Source: a bacterium (GTDB taxonomy: Bacteria; Patescibacteriota; Microgenomatia; Curtissbacterales; GWA2-41-24). From it: a stretch of DNA of 64,000 bases. Both the position numbers and the translations under genes were made by a program. The DNA is taken from assembly GCA_021813945.1 (NCBI GenBank), contig JAKAJD010000001.1, positions 432,412 to 496,411 of the forward strand, read 5' to 3'. Of the stretch, positions 45,767 to 54,394 are shown piece by piece (the first letter of the stretch is position 1; each line of letters begins with the position of its first letter). Under the pieces are notes generated by a model. The model did no database searches. It was not told where the DNA came from and worked only from the letters and a program-made list of their open reading frames with translations.

Positions 45767-47113
45767 TTATTTAACCTTCCATTTTGGACCCGCAGCTGTG
45801 TCTTCGACCTCCACACCCATACCTTTTAACTGATCCCTAATCTTATCAGACCCAGCAAAGTCACCTCTTTTTCTAAACTCTTCCCTCTTGTCAATTAATT
45901 CTCTGGCCCCTTCTGGAAGTTGTGCTTTTTTGACATCTGAAAGATCCAATCCCAAAACCTCGTCCATTACCAAAGCTGACTTATGTTTAGCTGACGCAGG
46001 ATAATCGCTTTTTACCATTTCCCAAAAAATGGCAACCGCCTTCGGCATATTTAAATCATCACTAACTGCTTTTTTGAAATTATCTTCAAATTCTGCACAA
46101 CCTACCTTTGGTTCTTCCCAAGTCGAAACTTCATTTTTCAAGTTTGAAAGTGCCCTTTGAGCCGCTTCTAAGCTTTCCCAAGTAAAGTTTAACTTGGATC
46201 GATAGTGTGCCGTTAAAAACAGGTAGCGCAAAGCCAACGGGTCAAAACCCTTTTTAGAAATATCCGAAAGCGTGTAAATATTGCCAAGCCGTTTGGCCAT
46301 TTTCTCCCCATTTACTAGCAAATGCTCACCTTCCATCCATACATTCACAAACTTTTTGCCAGTTGAAGCTTCCGACTGGGCGATTTCATTTTCGTGATGG
46401 GGAAAAAGCAAATCCACACCGCCTGTATGAATATCAAAAGTCTCTCCCAAATATTGGGTACTCATCGCCGAACATTCGATGTGCCAACCTGGCCGGCCGA
46501 TTCCCCATGGCGAATCAAAAGCCTCGTGCCGGCTTTTTGCATCACTATCAGAAGCTTTCCAAAGCACAAAGTCCTGAGGATTATCCTTGTCGTATTCGTC
46601 TACATCTACTCGCGCCCCCGCTTTAACGCCCTTAACATTAGTTCCGGAAAGTTTGCCGTAATCTTTAAACTTGGAAATCGAAAAGTATACCGAACCGTCT
46701 TTGACATACGCCAAACCTTTGTCGATCAACGAACCAACCATCTTCAACATCTGATCAATGTGTTCCGTCGCCTGCGGATATACGTCAGCAGGAAGAATAT
46801 TGAGCCTCCCCAAGTCCGCAAAGAAAGCGTCTGTATATTCCTTTGTGAGTTCGTTTATGGGAATTTTTTCTTCTTTAGCTTTGTTAATTATCTTGTCGTC
46901 TATATCTGTGATATTCATCACATGCTTTACCTTATAGTCATTGAAAACAAGCGCGCGCCTTAAAATATCTTCAAAAACAAACGTGCGCCAGTTACCAATA
47001 TGCACAAAGTTGTAAACCGTTGGCCCGCAGGTATACAAACCAACATTTGGAGGATTTATCGGTTTAAACTCCTCAACTTTCCGGGTCAAATAATTGTAAA
47101 GCTTTAGGGACAT
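45767..47113 (-). CDS. cysS: Cysteine--tRNA ligase
   Basis: [34 protein letters not shown]. Confidence 0.96.
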   Translation of the reverse strand: MSLKLYNYLTRKVEEFKPINPPNVGLYTCGPTVYNFVHIGNWRTFVFEDILRRALVFNDYKVKHVMNITDIDDKIINKAKEEKIPINELTKEYTDAFFADLGRLNILPADVYPQATEHIDQMLKMVGSLIDKGLAYVKDGSVYFSISKFKDYGKLSGTNVKGVKAGARVDVDEYDKDNPQDFVLWKASDSDAKSRHEAFDSPWGIGRPGWHIECSAMSTQYLGETFDIHTGGVDLLFPHHENEIAQSEASTGKKFVNVWMEGEHLLVNGEKMAKRLGNIYTLSDISKKGFDPLALRYLFLTAHYRSKLNFTWESLEAAQRALSNLKNEVSTWEEPKVGCAEFEDNFKKAVSDDLNMPKAVAIFWEMVKSDYPASAKHKSALVMDEVLGLDLSDVKKAQLPEGARELIDKREEFRKRGDFAGSDKIRDQLKGMGVEVEDTAAGPKWKVK

Positions 47114-47115
47114 AT

Positions 47116-47616
47116 TTAAACTTGAGCAAGTTTCTGCATTAGTTGAACAAAATTTCTAGCGGAAGCTTGATCTGAATGTGTTTCAAGCCAAGTTGAGATT
47201 TCACCTACGGCCGCCTCACCTTTCGCCACGCCAACAATGAAGTCAAAAATTTCATCGTCGGGAACATCATCCCGCAACCCATAACCATGCTCAAAAAGAT
47301 ACCACTCAGTCATTGCAAAGCCAACTCTCTTGTTTCCATCAACATATGGATGGTTTTGAATTAAAGAACGCATCAGTGCAGCAGCTTGGTTAAACACTGT
47401 CTGATGTAACATTTCGCCACCAAAAGAGGCGAAAGGCGCCGCAACTGCAGATCTTAGGCCACCTTCATCGCGTATTCCAGGAGTTCCGCCTGTTTCCTCT
47501 ATTATCCTGTCATGGAACGTTTTAGTCTGGTGAAGTAAATTGTCAACATGTTCACTAATTCTTTCAAAACCACGACGCCCCTGTTCTCCTGCGACCCCCT
47601 GCTTACCCTCGCTCAT
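47116..47616 (-). CDS. doc: Fic/Doc family toxin (death-on-curing type)
   Basis: GIRDEGGL.SA, NHPYVDGNKRVG; ATG at 47616 overlaps the upstream small ORF. Confidence 0.85.
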   Translation of the reverse strand: MSEGKQGVAGEQGRRGFERISEHVDNLLHQTKTFHDRIIEETGGTPGIRDEGGLRSAVAAPFASFGGEMLHQTVFNQAAALMRSLIQNHPYVDGNKRVGFAMTEWYLFEHGYGLRDDVPDDEIFDFIVGVAKGEAAVGEISTWLETHSDQASARNFVQLMQKLAQV

Positions 47617-47806
47617 TACCCCTATCCCTGTCGTATTCAGCAAGGCGCCCATGTAAGCCTCGCCTTCTTTGTAAATTAGCTCGCACAAAATTTGTGAACC
47701 TCTGAGTCATCCCTTCAAGCTCTCCCTCCGGCAAGGGTGGTGGAGCTTCACCGAAGTTCACTTTAGGGCTTTTATTCTCTTCCCCGCTTGATTTTGTATC
47801 ATCCAT
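47603..47806 (-). CDS. Putative antitoxin of Doc
   Basis: 67-aa ORF directly upstream, overlapping doc by 14 nt; C-terminal helix ...LHGRLAEYD. Confidence 0.55.
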   Translation of the reverse strand: MDDTKSSGEENKSPKVNFGEAPPPLPEGELEGMTQRFTNFVRANLQRRRGLHGRLAEYDRDRGNERG

Positions 47807-47845
47807 ATGTGCAAATTTTAAACCTATACCGAAAATAAATCAAAG

Positions 47846-48295
47846 CTATTCGGATCCCCAATTCCTGCCGGTTTCGGCACTTCCCTTTGAAACCGCAGCT
47901 TTTACATCCGCCCCGGCACCAATCGGTCCTTTCCTAAGCTCATATAGCCTTGCCAGCTGGTTTGCTTGTTTTTGCTCTTCGTCGCGTTTTTTCTCTTCTT
48001 CCTCTTTTCTCTTTTGGGCCCTGTATTCGTCGTAAATTGCCTGAATTTTTTGCCTTAACTTCAAATATTCTTCCTCACTGAATTCGTCATCGTCCTTCTT
48101 GAGTGCTTTCAACTCCTCGTCCGACATGGGCTTTGAATAGCCAACACCTCTTCCCAAAATTTGGTTTAAAGCCGCCCTTCCCATTTTGATAAATTCGTTT
48201 CCAATAGGGTTATTGGAACTTGTCGGCATCTTGGAAACCGTCTCAAGATCAAGTTGGTTCAAATCGGAAGAAGGGCTTTTCCCCGAAGAATCCAT
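47846..48295 (-). CDS. Hypothetical charged coiled-coil protein
   Basis: 149-aa E/K-rich ORF. Confidence 0.6.
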   Translation of the reverse strand: MDSSGKSPSSDLNQLDLETVSKMPTSSNNPIGNEFIKMGRAALNQILGRGVGYSKPMSDEELKALKKDDDEFSEEEYLKLRQKIQAIYDEYRAQKRKEEEEKKRDEEQKQANQLARLYELRKGPIGAGADVKAAVSKGSAETGRNWGSE

Positions 48296-48342
48296 AATTT
48301 AATTGTAGTATGGGTGAAGCTGAAAGGACAATGGAGGCAAAA

Positions 48343-48963
48343 TTAAGCTGCAGTCTGGTTACCCAACTCAACAGTATTTAGCGAATCTGGCCCCAATACC
48401 TGCTTCAATTTATCAATACCACGTTTTGCAAATACTTGTGAGGTGTTAACAGGTATTTTTAACGTCTGGGCTATTTCTTGATGGCTTCTTCCTTCTATGA
48501 ACCTCAAGTAGACAACAGGCTGGTGTTGAGTGGGCAATTCCCCAAACGCGCTCTCAAGATCTATAATTTCCTCTACTCTCTCAAGGTCAGCAAAAATGCT
48601 CCTATCTTCTAAGCCCCCGTGTGCTGCTATGATGTCTTTTCTTGAGCGCCAATAATCTACAGCTTCATTGTGAGCAATCCTGAAAAGCCAACCAGAAAAA
48701 GGCACACCTTCCCTTACTTCGAACTTGGGCAAACCGGAGAATGCCTTTAAAAAAGCTTGTGAAGTCACATCCTCAGCATCGTTTGGCCCAATTCGACATG
48801 TGACGTATTTTAAAACTCTCGGATGAAATTCGCTGTAAAGTCTACCAAATGATTCGCCACAACCACCCTGGGCCTTCCTTACCCAATCGTCGATTTCCAC
48901 CGTGGTAGGAAACGAGGTCCTTTCTTCCACCAAAAAACCGGCAACATCCGGTCTGCGTTCCAT
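48343..48963 (-). CDS. Orphan ECF sigma-70 factor
   Basis: DAEDVTSQAFLKAF, WLFRIAHN, LRFIEGRSHQEIAQTL. Confidence 0.88.
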   Translation of the reverse strand: MERRPDVAGFLVEERTSFPTTVEIDDWVRKAQGGCGESFGRLYSEFHPRVLKYVTCRIGPNDAEDVTSQAFLKAFSGLPKFEVREGVPFSGWLFRIAHNEAVDYWRSRKDIIAAHGGLEDRSIFADLERVEEIIDLESAFGELPTQHQPVVYLRFIEGRSHQEIAQTLKIPVNTSQVFAKRGIDKLKQVLGPDSLNTVELGNQTAA

Positions 48964-49015
48964 AATTGTGATTATATCTTAAATAGCTTCAAATTGTCAA
49001 CCTATAGTATGTAAA

Positions 49016-49612
49016 TTAGAAATCTTTTCTGCCTTCAAATGCCCGCCTTACCGTTACCTCGTCCGCGTATTCAAGCTCCGCACCAATTGGTATTCCGCGG
49101 GCGATGCGTGTAGTTTTAATCTTTAAAGGTCCAATTAAACGTTGAATATACATTGCCGTCGCCTCCCCTTCCATTGAGGGGTTTGTCGCTAAAATTACTT
49201 CCTTTACTTTTCCGTCTTTTAATCGAGGCAAAAGCTGGCGGATTCGAAGCTCTTCCGGCCCAATGTTCTCCAAGGGGGCAATAACACCGTGCAAGACGTG
49301 ATAAAAGCCCGAAAAGCTACCGCTTTTTTCAATTGCCCAAACATCCAAAGGATCCTCAACCACGCAGATAATAGATGGGTCTCGATCAGGATCAGAACAA
49401 ACATCGCACGGGTCGCTTTCCGTAATATTTTGGCAAGTAGAGCAAATTTTCGTCCTCGCCTTAAGTTCGCTAACCGATTGGGAAAGTTTTTCCGAAAGCG
49501 AATCCGGCGCGTGCAAAAGATAATATGTGAGCCTTGCCGCCGTTTTTGGCCCAATCCCCGGCAAAGCCTCAAACGCATCGATCAAATTGGCAACAGCCTT
49601 TGGAACTTTCAT
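49016..49612 (-). CDS. recR: Recombination mediator RecR
   Basis: LPGIGPKTAAR, C4 zinc finger, Toprim EGEATA. Confidence 0.96.
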   Translation of the reverse strand: MKVPKAVANLIDAFEALPGIGPKTAARLTYYLLHAPDSLSEKLSQSVSELKARTKICSTCQNITESDPCDVCSDPDRDPSIICVVEDPLDVWAIEKSGSFSGFYHVLHGVIAPLENIGPEELRIRQLLPRLKDGKVKEVILATNPSMEGEATAMYIQRLIGPLKIKTTRIARGIPIGAELEYADEVTVRRAFEGRKDF

Positions 49613-50151
49613 AAATTCGCAACTTCCTTTGCAAGTAAAATAGCGCTAACCGTTAGACCATCTGTTATTTCCTGAGATTTTATCATTTTCAAAACGTTCT
49701 CCAGGCTTACACTTTTAACATCAGAAATTTCTTCATCTTTGGATAGAACCGAGGTCAATCCTCTAGCAATATAAATCTTTGCTTCTTCGTCTATCAGTCC
49801 AATCGATAGCCGTAGCGATCCTAATAACCTTATGGTTTTACACTTAACACCTGCTTCCTCGGCCAATTCTCTTCTTGCCGCTTCCAGTGAAGACTCATTT
49901 CGTTCAACAAACCCTCTAGGTATTTCCCAAGAATCTTCTCTGAAGATATATCTATACTGCTTACAAAGCAAAATATTTGATTTATCGTCGATGGCGACAA
50001 CACCAACAGTTCCTGGAACTTTAACAAAACCATAAATTCCTTTCGACCCATCCGGTTTAGTAACTTGGTCTTCTACAACTTCTATAAACTGATTACTATA
50101 AACTTTTCTAGAAGATAAGGTGCTCCATTTACCGTTGTTCTTCATGATCAA
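49609..50151 (-). CDS. NUDIX hydrolase (ADP-ribose pyrophosphatase-like)
   Basis: QYRY, WEIPRG...E....AARRELAEEAG. Confidence 0.88.
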   Translation of the reverse strand: MIMKNNGKWSTLSSRKVYSNQFIEVVEDQVTKPDGSKGIYGFVKVPGTVGVVAIDDKSNILLCKQYRYIFREDSWEIPRGFVERNESSLEAARRELAEEAGVKCKTIRLLGSLRLSIGLIDEEAKIYIARGLTSVLSKDEEISDVKSVSLENVLKMIKSQEITDGLTVSAILLAKEVANL

Positions 50152-50618
50152 ACTAGCTTATAAGGTGTCTCGTCCTCTTCAAGACCTGGAGCAGTTGCCG
50201 AAACAAAAAGTATTGCGTCCTTAGTTTCAGCTCTGACAGCGTGGGCTAGCCCAACATGTATATAGATCATTTCGTGATCGCGAGCATCCATTTCAACTGT
50301 TTCTTTCGTTTTCGTTTTTATATCTTCCAGAAAAATGCTGAATTTGCCCGAAAGTGGCGTAAACAGTTCCTGCTTTATCTTGTGATAGTGGTTACCCGCA
50401 ACAGCTTTAGATTTTTTAAAAATAACAGTGTAAGAATACCTATTATCAAATCCCGAAACATAGGGTTTCCTTCTGTCCCACAAAACCTCAAGAATCCTAC
50501 CTGGCTTATCCTTGCGATCTCTTGGATTGAGCTTATAAATGGTCGCTAGCTTTGTTTTCCTTTGTGATTTTGGGATGGAATACTGATCTATCTCATTTGC
50601 CCCAAACGTCAAATCCAT
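50148..50618 (-). CDS. Cupin, FdtA/WxcM-like sugar isomerase family
   Basis: GNHYH...E.F..LSG, HVGLAHA. Confidence 0.65.
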   Translation of the reverse strand: MDLTFGANEIDQYSIPKSQRKTKLATIYKLNPRDRKDKPGRILEVLWDRRKPYVSGFDNRYSYTVIFKKSKAVAGNHYHKIKQELFTPLSGKFSIFLEDIKTKTKETVEMDARDHEMIYIHVGLAHAVRAETKDAILFVSATAPGLEEDETPYKLV

Positions 50619-50646
50619 ATGTGGGTATTATACTTAAAAAAGAAGC

Positions 50647-50934
50647 TTACTGTCCGCCGAGCATTCCTTTGAGGCCTTCAAAACCGCCCATTTGCTGCAT
50701 TTTCTTGGCAGCTTCCTTTTGGCTTTCTTTAACAGCCTCGTTTACCGCCTCAACAATATCTTCGTTGCTTTTGCCGTCACCTTCAATCGAAATAAATCTT
50801 TGAGCCAAAGTCACCTTAACTTTAACCCCATGTTTTTCAACTTCGACAATTTCCGCATCCAAAGCCTTTTGAATGGCCATCGCCTCATCACGCATTTTCT
50901 TAAGCTCTTTTAGCTGCTGCAACTTATCAAACAT
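50647..50934 (-). CDS. ybaB: YbaB/EbfC nucleoid-associated protein
   Basis: IQKAL, VKV, AVNEA, M.GG tail; lies between dnaX and recR. Confidence 0.85.
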   Translation of the reverse strand: MFDKLQQLKELKKMRDEAMAIQKALDAEIVEVEKHGVKVKVTLAQRFISIEGDGKSNEDIVEAVNEAVKESQKEAAKKMQQMGGFEGLKGMLGGQ

Positions 50935-51011
50935 TAACCTAAATACTATCTTTTTGAGCTTATATTGTCAATTTGTTGCAACAAAAAAGCATCTGAATTA
51001 GAATAAGCTCG

Positions 51012-51365
51012 ATGAAAACTACAATCAGTGCAATCCACTATAATAAAAATCCAAAAACCAAGGTATATACACTTGAAAAAGTTAAGAAACTTGCCAAATT
51101 TCACCCAAAAATTCAAGAAGCCCACGTTCGGCTCTTTTCCGAAAAAGCCCATAGAGGCGAAGAGCACGACTTTTACTGTGAAATAGAAATCGCAGTTCCG
51201 GGCAGAATCATAACTATTATTGATACTGAGCGGGAAATTGACAAAGCTATTGATAAAGCCGTTGAGCGCATGCGAAGAACCTTAACAAAACACAAGGAAA
51301 AAGATATCACCAAAAAGCACCGAGAAGGTCTAAAAACCAAAAGAAGCGCAAGGAGACTTTCCTAA
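51012..51365 (+). CDS. hpf: Ribosome hibernation factor (short HPF/RaiA)
   Basis: Y..EK..KL.KF, AIDKAVERMRR.L.K.KEK. Confidence 0.85.
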   Translation: MKTTISAIHYNKNPKTKVYTLEKVKKLAKFHPKIQEAHVRLFSEKAHRGEEHDFYCEIEIAVPGRIITIIDTEREIDKAIDKAVERMRRTLTKHKEKDITKKHREGLKTKRSARRLS

Positions 51366-51781
51366 AAATCGACCGATTTTGTTTTTGTAATCGTGGATTT
51401 CGCTCGATACTTTTCGTAAGGCTTTAGCCTATAAATTTCAACGTTTTCAAGTCCCACCCTTTTAAGTTCAGCCCTCAAATCACCTTCTTTTGCCCATTGG
51501 TCGTAACCTAAACACAAAACGTCAGGTTCTACAGATTTAATATGGTGCATGAAATCATCCTCTTCTCCTAAAACTGCTTTATCTACTAGGCTGCAGTTAG
51601 AAACCAAGTCTAATCTTTCGTCCTGGTTGAATAGTGGTTTTTTACCCTTAATTTTCTCAACGTTTCTATCGGTCCCAACCGAAACGACCAAAACATCGCC
51701 GAAAGCCTTTGCCTGCTTAAAATAATCCAAGTGGCCTGGGTGAAGACCGTCAAACGCCCCAAAAGCCATTACCTTCTTCAT
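51362..51781 (-). CDS. Cytidylyl/adenylyltransferase family (RibL-type FAD synthase-like)
   Basis: GAFDGLHPGH, ER, LGYDQ, KST. Confidence 0.75.
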   Translation of the reverse strand: MKKVMAFGAFDGLHPGHLDYFKQAKAFGDVLVVSVGTDRNVEKIKGKKPLFNQDERLDLVSNCSLVDKAVLGEEDDFMHHIKSVEPDVLCLGYDQWAKEGDLRAELKRVGLENVEIYRLKPYEKYRAKSTITKTKSVDF

Positions 51782-51787
51782 TAGGTA

Positions 51788-51815
51788 AATTGTCAATTGT
51801 TAGAGGTTGATTGTC
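51788..51815. repeat. 7-bp-period tract
   Basis: aattgtc aattgtt agaggtt gattgtc. Confidence 0.45.
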
Positions 51816-51818
51816 AAA

Positions 51819-52373
51819 TCAGAAGCTTCCTTCAAGAATATGAGTTTCCGGAGTTTTAAATTCCTTAGTTATTTTTTCCGTAATCCAGATTCTATTGAGA
51901 GTTGAATATTTATCTTTGTCGTTAAAGTTTAATGACCAACTCGTTCCAGACCCGCTCATAAAATCCAAAAAAACGGGCCCACCGGAGCCAACTAAAAAGA
52001 CAGCATAAGAATCACCGTGAGGGTTGGGCAAAGTTGCGTTTACAGTTAAGTTATAGCTGCCGTCACCATAAGTTCTGGTCGCAGTTGCACTACCAGAAAT
52101 CCCTGACTTAACCGGTCCAAGGTTTGCAGTCTGCGATGACAAATTGACTCCCCCGGCATTGCTCACGCCCGATACCGAAACCGGTGTTAAGCCGTGCGGC
52201 GCGTCCGAAAGTCCGGCTGAAGAACCACCTATAAAACTACCGGAAGTTAACTTCTGCTTAACAATAAAAAGCAGGCCGATTACTAAAATTACAACTATTG
52301 CAGCCTTAATAATCGGCGTCTTACTAGACCCGCTAGGCTTTGTCCATCCACTCTGTCCAGATAAATCTCTCAC
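51819..52373 (-). CDS. Membrane-anchored protein, RskA-C-terminal-like beta domain
   Basis: TM; SG.A, LP.P...Y..., ITE...PETHILEGSF. Confidence 0.55.
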   Translation of the reverse strand: MRDLSGQSGWTKPSGSSKTPIIKAAIVVILVIGLLFIVKQKLTSGSFIGGSSAGLSDAPHGLTPVSVSGVSNAGGVNLSSQTANLGPVKSGISGSATATRTYGDGSYNLTVNATLPNPHGDSYAVFLVGSGGPVFLDFMSGSGTSWSLNFNDKDKYSTLNRIWITEKITKEFKTPETHILEGSF

Positions 52374-52420
52374 CTTGAATTAAATTTAAGCTTAACATTT
52401 TTGGGCGTAATTTGCACCAT

Positions 52421-52969
52421 TTATTTGAAAGCGATATGCCAAGAATGCGGCATGAACATAATTTTTTTGGTTTTTTGTCGTTTCGTCCTGGAAAAGCGCC
52501 TATTTTCCAAAACTATGGCATAAACTACAGGAGTCAAAAGTATAAATGGAAAAATCAGCCAATTTCTTAAATCGGAAAAGTATAACCCGAAATTAAAATA
52601 ATATAGCCCTGCAATTTCCAAACCATTAAGTACCATGATTGTCACAAACCAAATTACGGCGACTCCGAGCCCTATAGCAAAAAGCCGATCCTTAGAACTT
52701 ATTATTTGACCGTCAGCCAGAATTCTAATAGCTTTAACCTGCCGGAAATATAAAAACGTTGCCGCAAGAACTATTACCGGCAAAGTTAAATAAAACCACG
52801 GCAAAATTACAAACCCGCCAAGAACAAAACCCAAAATCCAAATAACTACCGAATACAACGCAATACGCCAATCAATGTAACCCATGCTTTTCATAATATG
52901 TTTTTTGAAGGGAAAAACTTTAGAAGAGGCTTTTTTTGTTTTCCCGCCATGAAAATACGACTTTTTCAA
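52421..52969 (-). CDS. Hypothetical 4-TM membrane protein
   Basis: Four hydrophobic segments; start uncertain. Confidence 0.65.
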   Translation of the reverse strand: MKKSYFHGGKTKKASSKVFPFKKHIMKSMGYIDWRIALYSVVIWILGFVLGGFVILPWFYLTLPVIVLAATFLYFRQVKAIRILADGQIISSKDRLFAIGLGVAVIWFVTIMVLNGLEIAGLYYFNFGLYFSDLRNWLIFPFILLTPVVYAIVLENRRFSRTKRQKTKKIMFMPHSWHIAFK

Positions 52970-52999
52970 AATCGTGTCAAGCAGGGAAAAAGGGCTAAA

Positions 53000-53311
53000 T
53001 CAGTTAGAAGAATTTGTTAACCCGTTTTGGATTTGACCGCTTCCCTCATCAATGTTGTTCAAATTGGTATTATTTAAATCCTTTTCAATTGAATTGACAT
53101 CGTCCGATTGGCTCTGCTGACCAAGACTTTGAACCTGTGAATCTTTTGTAATTGTCGGCCCTTTACTGCCAACAGTCACTCTGACTCCCTCATCGTAAAC
53201 AAAAAACACCAAAATCAAAACTGCAACAGAAGCAGCCAAAAGTAAAAGTAAGGTTTTTAGATTTCCTTTGGGATCTTTACTTGCCACTTTCACTCCCTTC
53301 CTTAAGACCAC
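53000..53311 (-). CDS. Small membrane-anchored protein
   Basis: TM + SDDVNSIEKDLNNT. Confidence 0.6.
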   Translation of the reverse strand: MVLRKGVKVASKDPKGNLKTLLLLLAASVAVLILVFFVYDEGVRVTVGSKGPTITKDSQVQSLGQQSQSDDVNSIEKDLNNTNLNNIDEGSGQIQNGLTNSSN

Positions 53312-53870
53312 TTGCGCTCTTCAAATCCCGTACAACCAAAACTAAGGCTTTTTGGTAACTCTTAAGAGAATCTTTCGCTGCTTTAACCGATGCTAGTGCA
53401 GCATGGACTGCATCTTTCACAGAAGAGGATGGATCAATTGCTGCAACATCAGCCTTGGCCTTATCTATTGCGGCTTTTGCAGCTGCTCCGGAATTTTCCG
53501 CAGAAAGAAGTGCAGCTTTTGCAGCCGATGTATCAACACCCTTTGCAGTTAACTTGTCTATTCGCGTTGCCATTCTATTTGAAATTTTATCAAGCCGAAC
53601 CAGGGCCGCATCAAACCTTGATAAAATCCGCTCAAAAGCGGTCTTTATCGCTTCTACTGCTTTTGCCTTAAGGCCTGCAGCTGCACTACCCGCCTTATTA
53701 ATTTCTACATTTTCCCGAATGTCCTGCCTAAGTTCTTGTCTTCTTTCCTTTACCTCTTGAAGCGTTGTCTTAAAACCGGAATTTTGAAGCGAATTTTGGG
53801 CGTAAACAGGGGTAAGGGTTAAAACAAACAGAGGAAGTCCCAGGGCAATTGAAAGGGCAGACCTTTTCAT
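53277..53870 (-). CDS. Secreted Ala/Lys-rich helical protein
   Basis: Signal peptide VYA-Q, long coiled coil. Confidence 0.65.
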   Translation of the reverse strand: MKRSALSIALGLPLFVLTLTPVYAQNSLQNSGFKTTLQEVKERRQELRQDIRENVEINKAGSAAAGLKAKAVEAIKTAFERILSRFDAALVRLDKISNRMATRIDKLTAKGVDTSAAKAALLSAENSGAAAKAAIDKAKADVAAIDPSSSVKDAVHAALASVKAAKDSLKSYQKALVLVVRDLKSASGLKEGSESGK

Positions 53871-53922
53871 TGGTACATTTTTTATCTTAGCAGGCTCTAA
53901 AAAACCCGTCAAGACCAAGATA

Positions 53923-53969
53923 AAGGCCAGGCCTTTGTCGGGAATCCCTCAAAGTTAAGGCCTCGCCTT
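53923..53969. repeat. Inverted doublet of the 13-bp repeat, 21-nt spacer
   Basis: AAGGCCAGGCCTT 53923; AAGGCCTCGCCTT 53957 inside hairpin AGTTAAGGC-CTC-GCCTTAACT. Confidence 0.8.
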
Positions 53970-53986
53970 AACTGGGGTCAAAAAAC

Positions 53987-54394
53987 TTATCTCGGCGCAA
54001 TAGATACCGTAATCCCCGTCTTTTTACCGTCAACTGTAGTGTTTATGATGATAGAGCCTTGTTGCCTGGCATTATTTATGGAGTACTCAAAGCTTGTTGC
54101 GGAATTTTGACGAACGGAAAAATCCCAACCTAATTGCTTTAGCGACTCGTCAAAAAATTTCGTGACTTTGGTGATGTCGTCATTGGTTACAGAAGCTGAT
54201 CCAAAATATCCTTGATTACCATACGACTCCAGGACTTTAGAGTTTTTATAATAAGGAATTGCTGGAAAACCTGCAGCGTAAACTCCTTTTTTGAATTCAT
54301 CTTTTGAACTGCGCGGTTCAGAATTGCCTATCGTAGGAATACAAGCAGAAAGCAAGAATGAAAGGGCAATAATGGCAAAAAGCCGTATTTTCAT
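53987..54394 (-). CDS. Putative lipoprotein
   Basis: Lipobox LLSAC. Confidence 0.7.
   Translation of the reverse strand: MKIRLFAIIALSFLLSACIPTIGNSEPRSSKDEFKKGVYAAGFPAIPYYKNSKVLESYGNQGYFGSASVTNDDITKVTKFFDESLKQLGWDFSVRQNSATSFEYSINNARQQGSIIINTTVDGKKTGITVSIAPR

Noticed and set aside
46285-46305. CysRS KMAKR instead of KMSKS
   Set aside because: Within normal class I synthetase variation; other catalytic motifs are intact.
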